64,000 bases of DNA from the NCBI GenBank assembly GCA_947457885.1, contig CANGXU010000003.1, forward strand, positions 6,147 through 70,146, written 5' to 3'. The notes under the pieces were generated by a model. It did not search any database. It was not told the DNA's origin and saw only the letters and a program-made list of their open reading frames with translations. Origin of the DNA: Betaproteobacteria bacterium. GTDB lineage: Bacteria; Pseudomonadota; Gammaproteobacteria; Burkholderiales; CAIKXV01. Numbering within the stretch: position 1 is the first letter of the stretch; each line of letters begins with the position of its first letter. The translations under genes were made by a program, and so were the position numbers. Shown here one piece after another: positions 55,590 to 64,000 of the stretch.

Positions 55590-56702
55590 ATGGCAGGAGC
55601 AGATTCCGGCAATCACGAGGGCAAGCCCGAGGGCCTGGAGGCACTGGTGCGGTCGATCCGCGCATGGGCAGGCGAACTCGGGTTCCAGCACACCGCAGTT
55701 GCCGCACTGGATGTGTCTGCCGCAGGGCCGCGCCTGATCGAATGGCTCGAGCAGGGTTTCCATGGCGAACTGGATTATATGGCACGCCATGCAGCGCTTC
55801 GCCTCGATCCGCACAAGCTGGTGCCGGGCGCGGTGCGTTCGATCAGCGTGCGGATGGATTACTGGCCCGCCGCCGCCCAGGATGCGAAGGCCGTGCTCGC
55901 AGATCCGGCGCTCGCCTACGTGTCGCGCTATGCGCTGGGCCGCGACTACCACAAGGTGCTTCGCGCCCGGCTCGCGAAACTCGCCGCGCGCATCGGCGAC
56001 GCGGCCGGGCCGCACGGTTGCCGGGTGTTCACCGACAGCGCGCCGGTGATGGAGGTCGAACTGGCCGCGGCAGCAGGGCTGGGCTGGCGCGGCAAGCACA
56101 CGCTGTTGCTCGATCGTGAGCATGGGTCTTGGTTCTTCCTCGGCGAGATCTTCACCGACCTGCCGCTGCCGGTGGACGCGCCGGTGGGCAGCCATTGCGG
56201 CAGCTGCACGCGCTGCATCGATGCCTGCCCGACGGGCGCGATCGTCGCCCCCTACAGGCTGGACGCGCGCCGCTGCATTTCCTACCTGACCATCGAGCTG
56301 AAGGGCGCGATCCCCGAGGCACTGCGGGCGCCGATCGGCAACCGGGTCTACGGCTGCGACGATTGCCAGCTCTGCTGTCCGTGGAACCGGCATGCAAGGC
56401 CTTCGGCCGAGGATGCATTTGCGGTACGCCACGGCCTGGACCGTGCCTCGCTGGTAGAACTGTTCGGCTGGAGCGAGGCCGAGTTCGAGCAACGGATGGC
56501 CGGCAGTGCGATCCGCCGCATCGGCCACGAACGGTGGTCACGCAACCTTGCCGTCGGACTGGGCAACGCTCCGACGACGCCGGAGGTGGTCGCGGCCCTG
56601 CGCCGGCGTGCAGACGACCCTTCGGCGCTGGTACGCGAGCATGTCGGCTGGGCACTGGCCCGGCATGGCGCCGCCGGGGCGGTGGCCGCCGAGATCGCCT
56701 GA
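55590..56702 (+). CDS. queG: epoxyqueuosine reductase
   Basis: ATG at 55590. YALGRDYHKV, GLGWRGKHTLLL, 4Fe-4S motifs CGSCTRCIDACPTGAI and YGCDDCQLCCPWN, and a HEAT-like C-terminus. Confidence 0.9.
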   Translation: MAGADSGNHEGKPEGLEALVRSIRAWAGELGFQHTAVAALDVSAAGPRLIEWLEQGFHGELDYMARHAALRLDPHKLVPGAVRSISVRMDYWPAAAQDAKAVLADPALAYVSRYALGRDYHKVLRARLAKLAARIGDAAGPHGCRVFTDSAPVMEVELAAAAGLGWRGKHTLLLDREHGSWFFLGEIFTDLPLPVDAPVGSHCGSCTRCIDACPTGAIVAPYRLDARRCISYLTIELKGAIPEALRAPIGNRVYGCDDCQLCCPWNRHARPSAEDAFAVRHGLDRASLVELFGWSEAEFEQRMAGSAIRRIGHERWSRNLAVGLGNAPTTPEVVAALRRRADDPSALVREHVGWALARHGAAGAVAAEIA

Positions 56703-56718
56703 CCGCCGTGGCGCATGC

Positions 56719-57993
56719 TCATGGCGCTGGCGGTCCGCCTTCCTCGGCTGCGCGTGCGTCGGCATCGGACCAGAGGCGGTCGACCACCTCGACCCAGTGT
56801 TCCACCGGCAGGTCGCAGCCGGACTGGAGATGGCCGAGACAGCCGATGTTGGCCGTGAGGATCGAAAGCGGTGCGCCCGACTCGAGCGCCTCGACCTTGC
56901 GTGCCAGCAGCTGCCGCGACAGGTCGGGCTGCAGGATCGAGTAGGTGCCCGCCGACCCGCAGCAGAGGTGGGCATCCGGGACATTGGTCAGTTCCAGTCC
57001 GAGGGCGGTCAGCATGGGCTCGACCACGCCGCGCAGCCGCAATGCGTGCTGCAGCGTGCACGGTGCATGGAACGCCACGCGCTGCCCGGATGCCGCGCGT
57101 GGCGGCAGGGCTGCGCCTGGGCGTGCGAGTTCGGCCGCCACCACCTCGGACAAGTCGCGCGAAAGCGCGGTGACCCGGGCTGCGCGTTCGGCGTAGGTCG
57201 GGTCGCCGGCGAGCAACGCGCCGTACTCCCTGACCATTGCGGTGCAGCCGCTGGCGGTGACGACGATCGCTTCGGCGCCAGCCTCGAGCGCTGGCCACCA
57301 CGCATCGATGTTGCGGCGCATATGGTCGAGTGCCTCGGCCGGGGCGTTCAGGTGATGCGTGACCGCGCCGCAGCAGCCTGCCGCCGCAGCGGGGACCAGC
57401 GATACCCCGAGCCGGTCCAGCAGCCGTGTCGCGGCGGCGTTGATGCCGGGCGCGATCGAGGGCTGCACGCAGCCCTCGAGCACGAGCATGCGCCGCGCAT
57501 GGCGGGGTGCCGGGCGCTGTCCGGCGCTGCGCAGCGGCGGTACCTTGCGCGCGAGCGCCGCCGGCAGCATCGGCTCGAGTGCACGCGCGATGCGCAGCAG
57601 CGGGCCGAACAGTGCGGGCCGCGGCAGCACGGTGCGCAAGGCCAGGCGCAGCAGCCGGTCGGTGCCGGTGCGCGGGACCTGTTCCTCGACGACATGGCGG
57701 CCGATGTCGGCGAGCCTGCCGTAGCGCACGCCCGATGGACAGGTGGTCTCGCACGAACGGCAGGTGAGGCAGCGGTCGAGGTGATCGCGCGTCTTCGACG
57801 TGGCTGGCGATCCTTCGAGCACCTGCTTGATCAGGTAGATGCGGCCACGGGGTCCGTCCAGCTCGTCGCCGACCAGCTGGTAGGTCGGGCAGGTCGCTGT
57901 GCAGAAGCCGCAGTGCACGCACGAGCGCAGGATCGACTCTGCTTCCCTGCCTTCCGGCGTATCGCGAATGAATGTGGCGAGGCTGGTCTGCAT
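56719..57993 (-). CDS. glcF: glycolate oxidase iron-sulfur subunit
   Basis: CVHCGFCTATCPTY and CLTCRSCETTCPSGV cluster motifs. CCG-type C-terminal domains (CCGAV.., CCGSAG). Confidence 0.9.
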   Translation of the reverse strand: MQTSLATFIRDTPEGREAESILRSCVHCGFCTATCPTYQLVGDELDGPRGRIYLIKQVLEGSPATSKTRDHLDRCLTCRSCETTCPSGVRYGRLADIGRHVVEEQVPRTGTDRLLRLALRTVLPRPALFGPLLRIARALEPMLPAALARKVPPLRSAGQRPAPRHARRMLVLEGCVQPSIAPGINAAATRLLDRLGVSLVPAAAAGCCGAVTHHLNAPAEALDHMRRNIDAWWPALEAGAEAIVVTASGCTAMVREYGALLAGDPTYAERAARVTALSRDLSEVVAAELARPGAALPPRAASGQRVAFHAPCTLQHALRLRGVVEPMLTALGLELTNVPDAHLCCGSAGTYSILQPDLSRQLLARKVEALESGAPLSILTANIGCLGHLQSGCDLPVEHWVEVVDRLWSDADARAAEEGGPPAP

Positions 57994-57994
57994 G

Positions 57995-59092
57995 TCAGAG
58001 TCCCGGGTACAGACGGCCGTGGTTGAATACGCCGGCCGGGTCGAACTCGGCCTTCAGGCGCTGGTGGATGCGCAGCAGGGCGGGCTCGAGTGGAGCGAAG
58101 CAGCCAGGCTGCGCGCCCTGCGCGGCGGCCGACCGGCCTCGGCGGAACAGCGTTGCATGTCCGCCGGCCTCGCGCGCCGCTGCGCGCAGCACGTCGGCCG
58201 GCTGCGCCGAGCGCACCCAGCGCAGCGCACCACCCCATTCCAGCAACTGCGCCGCCGGTAGCCCGCCGTCGGGCTCCAGCGGCGGTACCGCGGAGGGAAC
58301 CGACATCCGCCACAGCGGCTGATCGCCGGCGAAAAACGGTGCGCTCTGTTCCCGCAGTTCGCGCCAGAATGCAGCGGCGTCCGCTGCATCCAGCGGGTCG
58401 CCGCCCAGTGCGTGGCGGGCCGCGCGTATCGCCGCGGCAGCACCGGACAGCCGCAGGTGCAGCGTGTCGTCGGCCCAGGCCGAGGCGGACACCGGCAGCG
58501 GCTGTCCGGCCCAGCGGTTCAACCGTTCCAGCGCCTCGTGCTGGGCGATGCCGTCGAAGCGCAGGGTGGCTTCGGCCACGGGCATGGGCACGACCTTCAG
58601 CGACACTTCGGTGATCACGCCCAGGATGCCGAGGGAGCCCGCGAGCAGCCGGCTCACATCGTAGCCGGCGACGTTCTTGATCACCTGGCCGCCAAACGCG
58701 AGGTGCTGGCCGCGGCCATTGAGCAGCTTCGCGCCGAGCACGAAGTCGCGGATGCTGCCCGCACTGGCGCGCCGGGGGCCGGACAGGCCGGCGGCGACGC
58801 AGCCACCGATCGTCGCGCCCGGGCCGAAGTGCGGCGGTTCGCAGGCGAGCATCTGGCCGTTCGCGGCCAGCGTGACCTCGAGTTCCGCCAGCGGCGTGCC
58901 GCAGCGCGCGGTGACCACGAGTTCGCTCGGGTCGTACGCGACGATGCCCGCATGGCCGCGGGTATCGAGCACCGGTGTCGTACCGCCCGTCGGCGCTTCG
59001 CCATACCAGTCCTTCGTCCCGCCGCCGCGTATGTGCAGGCGCTGCCCGCCCTCGAAGGCCGCGCGCACCTGTTCCATCAATGCGTCGGCCAT
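57995..59092 (-). CDS. glcE: glycolate oxidase FAD-binding subunit
   Basis: LHIRGGGTKDWYG...IKNVAGYDVSRLLAGSLGILGVITEVSLKV. Sits between glcD and glcF. Confidence 0.88.
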   Translation of the reverse strand: MADALMEQVRAAFEGGQRLHIRGGGTKDWYGEAPTGGTTPVLDTRGHAGIVAYDPSELVVTARCGTPLAELEVTLAANGQMLACEPPHFGPGATIGGCVAAGLSGPRRASAGSIRDFVLGAKLLNGRGQHLAFGGQVIKNVAGYDVSRLLAGSLGILGVITEVSLKVVPMPVAEATLRFDGIAQHEALERLNRWAGQPLPVSASAWADDTLHLRLSGAAAAIRAARHALGGDPLDAADAAAFWRELREQSAPFFAGDQPLWRMSVPSAVPPLEPDGGLPAAQLLEWGGALRWVRSAQPADVLRAAAREAGGHATLFRRGRSAAAQGAQPGCFAPLEPALLRIHQRLKAEFDPAGVFNHGRLYPGL

Positions 59093-59093
59093 C

Positions 59094-60572
59094 TCAGAAC
59101 CTGTCCAGCCCGGGGTGCGGCAGCGCGCCGCCGTGGACCTTCATGCGCCCGTACTCCGCGCAGCGGTGCAGGGTCGGGATGCACTTGCCCGGGTTGAGCA
59201 GCCCGTGCGGGTCGAACGCGCGCTTGACGCCGAAGAACTGCTCGCGCTCGTCGGCCGGGAACTGCACGCACATCTGGTTGATCTTCTCGATGCCGACGCC
59301 GTGTTCCCCGGTCACCGTGCCGCCGAGCCGGACGCACAGTTCGAGAATGTCGGCGCCGAACGCCTCCGCGCGTGCGAGGGACGACGGATCGTTGGCATCG
59401 AACAGGATGAGCGGATGCAGGTTACCGTCCCCGGCGTGAAACACGTTCGGACAGCGCATGTCGTACTTCGCTTCCATCTGCTGGATCGCGCGCAGCATCT
59501 CGCCCAGCCGTCGGCGCGGGATGGTGCCGTCCATGCAGTAGTAATCGGGCGATACGCGGCCGGCCGCCGGGAAGGCGTTCTTGCGGCCGGCCCAGAAGCG
59601 CAGCCGTTCACTTTCCGAGGCGGATACCCGCAATCCGGTCGCGCCGGCCGCGCGCAGGACCTCGGACATGTGCGCGATCTCCTCCTCGACCTCCTCCGGC
59701 GTGCCGTCGGCCTCGCAGAGCAGGATCGCCGCGGCGTCGAGGTCGTAGCCGGCGTTGGCGAACGGTTCGACCATGCGCGTGGCGGGCTGGTCCATCATCT
59801 CGAGGCCGGCCGGTATGATGCCGGCTGCGATCAGTGCCGCTACCGCATCGCCGGCGACGCCGACGTCTCCGAAGCTTGCCATGATGCAGCGGGCGAGCTG
59901 CGGCCGGGGGATCAGCTTCACCGTCACCTCGGTCGTGATCGCGAGCATGCCCTCGCTGCCGATCAGTACCGCCAGCAGGTCCAGGCCCGGGCTGTCGAGC
60001 GCGCCCCCGCCGAACTCGACCACCTCGCCATCGATGGTGACCGCGCGCACGCGCAGCACGTTGTGCACGGTCAGGCCGTACTTTAGGCAGTGCACGCCGC
60101 CGGAATTCTCCGCGACGTTGCCACCGATCGAGCACGCGATCTGGCTCGACGGATCAGGCGCGTAGTAGAGCCCGTGCTTCGCCGCGGCCTCCGAGATGGC
60201 GAGGTTGCGTACCCCGGGCTGCACGCGGGCGGTGCGGGCCACCGGATCGATCGCCAGGATCGCGCTCATCTTCGCGGTGGACAGCAGCACGCCCTGGGCA
60301 TGCGGGGTCGCTCCGCCGGACAGGCCGGTGCCGGCACCGCGGGGCACGATGGGTACCTTCGATTCCCGGCACACCTGCACCACCGCGAGAAGTTCGGCTT
60401 CGGTCGACGGCAGTACCGTGGCCAGCGGCAACTGGCGGAACAGCGTCAGGCCGTCGCATTCGTATGGCCGCTGCGCTTCGTCGGTATGCAGGACCGATCC
60501 GGCGGGCAGCAATGCACGCAGCCGAGAGAGCAGTGCTTCCCGGGCGATCGCGTCTGCCGTCATCGTATCCAT
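59094..60572 (-). CDS. glcD: glycolate oxidase subunit GlcD (FAD-linked oxidase)
   Basis: VPIVPRGAGTGLSGGA...CSIGGNVAENSGGVHCLKYG...HAGDGNLHP. Length 492 aa. Confidence 0.92.
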   Translation of the reverse strand: MDTMTADAIAREALLSRLRALLPAGSVLHTDEAQRPYECDGLTLFRQLPLATVLPSTEAELLAVVQVCRESKVPIVPRGAGTGLSGGATPHAQGVLLSTAKMSAILAIDPVARTARVQPGVRNLAISEAAAKHGLYYAPDPSSQIACSIGGNVAENSGGVHCLKYGLTVHNVLRVRAVTIDGEVVEFGGGALDSPGLDLLAVLIGSEGMLAITTEVTVKLIPRPQLARCIMASFGDVGVAGDAVAALIAAGIIPAGLEMMDQPATRMVEPFANAGYDLDAAAILLCEADGTPEEVEEEIAHMSEVLRAAGATGLRVSASESERLRFWAGRKNAFPAAGRVSPDYYCMDGTIPRRRLGEMLRAIQQMEAKYDMRCPNVFHAGDGNLHPLILFDANDPSSLARAEAFGADILELCVRLGGTVTGEHGVGIEKINQMCVQFPADEREQFFGVKRAFDPHGLLNPGKCIPTLHRCAEYGRMKVHGGALPHPGLDRF

Positions 60573-60597
60573 CGAACGTCTTCCCCGGTCTTGGCTT

Positions 60598-60621
60598 TCA
60601 GGTCTCAGGTCTCAGGTCTCA
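60598..60621. repeat. heptamer TCAGGTC x3.4 at the ttuD stop / glcD upstream junction
   Basis: tcaggtc tcaggtc tcaggtc tca, read directly. On the coding (minus) strand the TGAs at 60612, 60605 and 60598 fall in three different frames. Confidence 0.9.
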
Positions 60622-61901
60622 GCGTCGACCAGGATCGCCCTGAAGTCGTTCACGTTGGTGTGCGTCGGCCCGGTGACCACTGCGTCATTCATGCGTTCGA
60701 AGAACGCATGCGCGTCATTGTCGGCCAGCATCGCGGCGGCGTCGATGCCCAGGTGCCGTGCCCGTGCCCAGGTGTCCGGGGCGATCAGCGCACCGGCCGC
60801 CGGTCCGGCGCCATCGATGCCATCGGTGTCGGCGGCGATCGCATGCACGCCAGCCTGGCCGCGCAGCGAGCAGGCCAGCGCCAGCAGGAACTCGACGTTA
60901 CGTCCGCCACGGCCGCCGCCGCGTACCGTCACCGTCGTCTCGCCGCCGGACAGCAGCACGCAACGCGGCGGCAGTGGCTGGCCGTGCCGTACCACCTGCA
61001 GCGCGGTTGCGCCGAGAACGCGGGCGACCTCCCTGGCCTCGCCCTCGATCGCATCGCCGAGGATCATTGGCGTGTAGCCTGCCTCCCGTGCTACCGATGC
61101 GGCAGCCTCGAGGGCATCCTGCGGACGTGCGACCAGCCGGGTGGTGGCGCTCGCCAGCCGTGGATCTCCGGGCTTGGGCGTTTCGGCTTCCGGTGTGTTC
61201 AGGAAGGTCAGCGCGCTCGCCGGCTGGCCCAGCCCGTGCCTGGCCAGCACGCGCAGGGCGTCGTCGCGGGTCGTGCTGTCGCCGACCGTGGGGCCGGATG
61301 CAATGGTCTCCAGGACGTCGCCCGGCACGTCGGAGATGGCGAGCGTGACGATGCGCGCCGGATGGCAGGCCAGCGCCAGGCGCCCGCCCTTGACGCGCGA
61401 CAGGTGCTTGCGCACGCAGTTCATCTCGGCGATGTCCGCGCCCGACTGCAGCAGGGTCCGGGACAGGGCCTGCTTGTCCGCCAGCGGTACGGACGCAGGC
61501 GGGCAGGCGAGCAGCGCCGAGCCGCCGCCGGAAATCAGGCAGACGACCAGATCGCGTGCATCCAGCCCTGACACCAGGTCGAGCAGGCGCGCGGTCGCGG
61601 CCACGCCGACCTCGTCCGGCACCGGATGCGCCGCCTCGACCACTTCGATCTTCCGGCACGGCAGCGCATGGCCGTAGCGGGTGATCACCAGCCCCTGGAT
61701 CCGGTCGAGGTCGGCCGCCCATGCGGCCTCGACGGCCCGGGCCATCGAGGCCGCCGCCTTGCCGGCGCCGACGACGATCGTGCGGCCACCGCCTTCGCGC
61801 GAGGGCAGCGGCGGCAGCGCGGGGCCGACACAGTGCATCGGATCGGCGGCCGCGACCGCCGCGCGGAACATCGCCAGCAGCAGTTCGCGTTGCGCGCTCA
61901 T
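60612..61901 (-). CDS. ttuD: glycerate 2-kinase / hydroxypyruvate reductase, MOFRL family (TtuD-like)
   Basis: ATG at 61901. IVVGAGKAAASMA...HPVPDE...LISGGGSALL...RKHLS.VKGG...GGETTV.V.G.GRGGRN...TDGIDG. Confidence 0.85.
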   Translation of the reverse strand: MSAQRELLLAMFRAAVAAADPMHCVGPALPPLPSREGGGRTIVVGAGKAAASMARAVEAAWAADLDRIQGLVITRYGHALPCRKIEVVEAAHPVPDEVGVAATARLLDLVSGLDARDLVVCLISGGGSALLACPPASVPLADKQALSRTLLQSGADIAEMNCVRKHLSRVKGGRLALACHPARIVTLAISDVPGDVLETIASGPTVGDSTTRDDALRVLARHGLGQPASALTFLNTPEAETPKPGDPRLASATTRLVARPQDALEAAASVAREAGYTPMILGDAIEGEAREVARVLGATALQVVRHGQPLPPRCVLLSGGETTVTVRGGGRGGRNVEFLLALACSLRGQAGVHAIAADTDGIDGAGPAAGALIAPDTWARARHLGIDAAAMLADNDAHAFFERMNDAVVTGPTHTNVNDFRAILVDAET

Positions 61902-61908
61902 CGGCGTT

Positions 61909-62790
61909 TCAGCCGACCGTCTTTCCGGCCAACGCCTCGAGCGCGCGGACCATCGCCGAGTGGTCCCACTTCGAGCCGCCCATCCCGCCGCAGGCATTGA
62001 ACAGCTCCTGTGCGGTGGCCGTGTTCGGCAGGCTCATGCCCATCGCGCGCGCACCGGCCAGTGCCAGCGACAGGTCTTTCTGGTGCAGCTCGATGCGGAA
62101 GCCCGGGTCGAACGTGCGCTTCACCATCCGCTCGCCGTGGACCTCGAGCACGCGCGAGGCGGCGAACCCACCCATCAGTGCCTCGCGCACCTTTGCCGGA
62201 TCGGCGCCGGCCTTTGCCGCGAACAGCAGGGCCTCGCCGACCGCCTCGATGTTGAGCGCGACGATGATCTGGTTGCACACCTTGCAGGTCTGGCCGTCGC
62301 CGACGCCGCCGACCAGGGTGATGTTCTTGCCCATCAGCGCGAAAAGCGGCTTCACCTTTTCGAACACGGCAGGCTTCGCACCGACCATGATCGTGAGCGA
62401 GGCGGCCTTGGCGCCCACCTCGCCGCCGGAGACCGGCGCATCGACATACTCGCCCCCCAGCGATTCGATGCGCGCGGCGAAGCACTTGGTCTCGATCGGC
62501 GAGATGGAGCTCATGTCGACCACCACCTTGCCCTTCGACAGCCCTGCGGCGACGCCCTTCTCGCCGAACAGCACGCGCTCTACGTCGGGCGTGTCGGGCA
62601 CCATCGTGATCACGATGTCGGCTGCACGCACCACTTCGGCCGCGTCCGGGCAGGCCTTGCCGCCGGCGGCGGTCAGTTCTGCCGGCACGCCGCTGCGGCT
62701 GTGCAGGAACAGGCTGTGGCCGCCCTTGATCAGGTTGAGTGCCATCGGCCTGCCCATGATGCCCAGGCCCACGAATCCGATGTTCGCCAT
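61909..62790 (-). CDS. glxR: 2-hydroxy-3-oxopropionate (tartronate semialdehyde) reductase
   Basis: IGFVGLGIMGRPMALNL Rossmann start and the beta-hydroxyacid dehydrogenase pattern DAPVSGG..GA...L.IMVGG. Length 293 aa. Confidence 0.88.
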   Translation of the reverse strand: MANIGFVGLGIMGRPMALNLIKGGHSLFLHSRSGVPAELTAAGGKACPDAAEVVRAADIVITMVPDTPDVERVLFGEKGVAAGLSKGKVVVDMSSISPIETKCFAARIESLGGEYVDAPVSGGEVGAKAASLTIMVGAKPAVFEKVKPLFALMGKNITLVGGVGDGQTCKVCNQIIVALNIEAVGEALLFAAKAGADPAKVREALMGGFAASRVLEVHGERMVKRTFDPGFRIELHQKDLSLALAGARAMGMSLPNTATAQELFNACGGMGGSKWDHSAMVRALEALAGKTVG

Positions 62791-62834
62791 GTTGCCGTCC
62801 TCCCTCGTCGTTCAGGTCCGGCGTGCGCCGGGGA

Positions 62835-63605
62835 TCATCCGCGCAGCCAGCCGAGGCTGGCTTCCGTGCCGGCGCTCGGCCGGTATTCCGCGCTCATCCA
62901 TCCCGTGTAGCCGAGCCGGTCGACATGGCCGAACAGGAAGGGGAAGTTGATCTCGCCCGTGCCCGGTTCATGCCGCCCGGGCGTGTCGGCAAACTGCATG
63001 TGCGCGATGCGCGGCAGCAGGCGTTCGATGGTCGGTGCGAGGTCGCCCTCCATCACCTGCATGTGGTAGACGTCGTACTGCAGGTAGAGGTTGTCGCTGC
63101 CCGCTTCGTCGAACAGTTCGATCGCCTGCGCCGAACGGTTCAGGTAGAAGCCGGGCATGTCGCGGTCATTGATCGGCTCAGACAGCATGCGTACCCCCCG
63201 CGCGGCCGCCGCGCCTGCGGCATAACGCAGGTTCGCGACGAAGGTCTCGCGCACCCGCAGCGGATCTGCGCCGTGAGGCGGCATGCCGGCGAGGCAGTTC
63301 ACCTGGGCGCAGCCCAGGGCGGCCGCGTACTCCAGCGCGAGTCCGACGCTGTCGCGGAACTCCGATACCCGGCCCGGATGGGTTGCGATCCCCCGTTCGC
63401 CCGCTTCCCAGTCGCCGGCCGGCAGGTTGAACAGCACCTGCGTCAACCGGTGCTCTTCGAGCAGGGCGGCGATACGCGCCGCGGGCAGTGCATACGGGAA
63501 GAAGTACTCGACGCCGGTGAACCCTGCCGCAGCGGCACGCGCGAAGCGCTGCTCGAAGGGTACCTCGTGGAACAGGAAGGACAGGTTCGCGGCGAAGCGG
63601 GGCAT
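62835..63605 (-). CDS. hyi: hydroxypyruvate isomerase
   Basis: ATG at 63605. MPRFAANLSFLFHEVPFEQRFARAAAAGFTGVEYFFPY...LQYDVYHMQ...IAHMQFAD.PGRHEPGTGEINF. Confidence 0.88.
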   Translation of the reverse strand: MPRFAANLSFLFHEVPFEQRFARAAAAGFTGVEYFFPYALPAARIAALLEEHRLTQVLFNLPAGDWEAGERGIATHPGRVSEFRDSVGLALEYAAALGCAQVNCLAGMPPHGADPLRVRETFVANLRYAAGAAAARGVRMLSEPINDRDMPGFYLNRSAQAIELFDEAGSDNLYLQYDVYHMQVMEGDLAPTIERLLPRIAHMQFADTPGRHEPGTGEINFPFLFGHVDRLGYTGWMSAEYRPSAGTEASLGWLRG

Positions 63606-63717
63606 GGGCGGGATTCCGCGGATGTGGACGGCAAGGGGTGCGGATCGGATTGTAGCCCCGGCCCTATAATCGGCGGCACACGCTTCCCGCCCGTATCCGT
63701 CCGAAAGGCTCGACCCG

Positions 63718-64000
63718 ATGTTCACCGGTACCGAACGCTACATCGCCACCGACGACCTGAAGATGGCGGTGAATGCCGCGGTCACCCTGCAGCGGCCGCT
63801 GCTGATCAAGGGCGAGCCCGGCACCGGCAAGACCATGCTGGCCGAGGAGGTCGCCGGAGCGCTCGACCGTCCGCTGTTCGAATGGCATGTGAAGTCGACC
63901 ACCAAGGCCCAGCACGGCCTGTACGAGTACGACGCGGTATCGCGTCTGCGCGACTCCCAGCTCGGCGAGGAGAAGGTCGCCGACATTTCGAACTACATCG
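63718..64000 (+). CDS. MoxR-like AAA+ ATPase, N-terminal fragment (runs off the 3' edge)
   Basis: ATG at 63718, open to the window end (absent from the track because there is no stop). MFTGTERYIATDDLKMAVNAAVTLQRPLLIKGEPGTGKTMLAEEVA contains Walker A. Confidence 0.8.
   Translation, partial: MFTGTERYIATDDLKMAVNAAVTLQRPLLIKGEPGTGKTMLAEEVAGALDRPLFEWHVKSTTKAQHGLYEYDAVSRLRDSQLGEEKVADISNYI

Overview
High-GC (about 65-70% by eye) chromosomal segment. It is most consistent with a betaproteobacterium: many Bug/TctC periplasmic binding proteins, ribF-ileS-lspA-ispH synteny, and tsaE-amiC opposite queG. I support 54 CDS, one tRNA-Thr(CGU) and a few small repeats, hairpins and candidate operator sites. 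Layout: (1) 1-13 kb is a catabolic patchwork: PrpD-like fragment, cupin, three Bug binding proteins, deacetylase, YdeN-type hydrolase, VOC protein, acyl-CoA ligase, UbiD-family decarboxylase, and a three-subunit GMC flavoprotein dehydrogenase with a mono-haem cytochrome c. (2) 13.2-15.8 kb holds three hypothetical genes around a 1.1-kb low-GC islet. (3) 15.9-20.4 kb is argG / Bug / argF / argD. (4) rpsT and murJ follow. (5) 22.8-30.7 kb is a lipid-related neighbourhood: OlsB-like N-acyltransferase, GT4 glycosyltransferase, Mpo1/DUF962-like membrane protein, membrane-anchored class-III aminotransferase, psd, LpxH/PlcP-like metallophosphoesterase, malonyl-CoA decarboxylase. (6) ribF-ileS-lspA-ispH. 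(7) 36.4-53.2 kb is a type IV pilus minor-pilin region with two tandem pilV-pilW-pilX-pilY1 modules, each ending in a ~1,800-aa PilY1, plus fimT-like and pilE-like genes. (8) tRNA-Thr, amiC, tsaE, queG. (9) hyi-glxR-ttuD-glcDEF. (10) A partial moxR-like ATPase. I saw no CRISPR array, IS/transposase, integrase, phage gene or recognisable transcription-factor gene. The best leads for something undescribed are the duplicated giant-PilY1 modules with paralogue-specific inserts, the low-GC islet that forms the 3' end of a chimeric secreted/membrane protein, and the lipid cluster with a Pho-box-like promoter in front of the PlcP-like gene. All functional calls come from reading the translated ORFs. 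No database search was possible.
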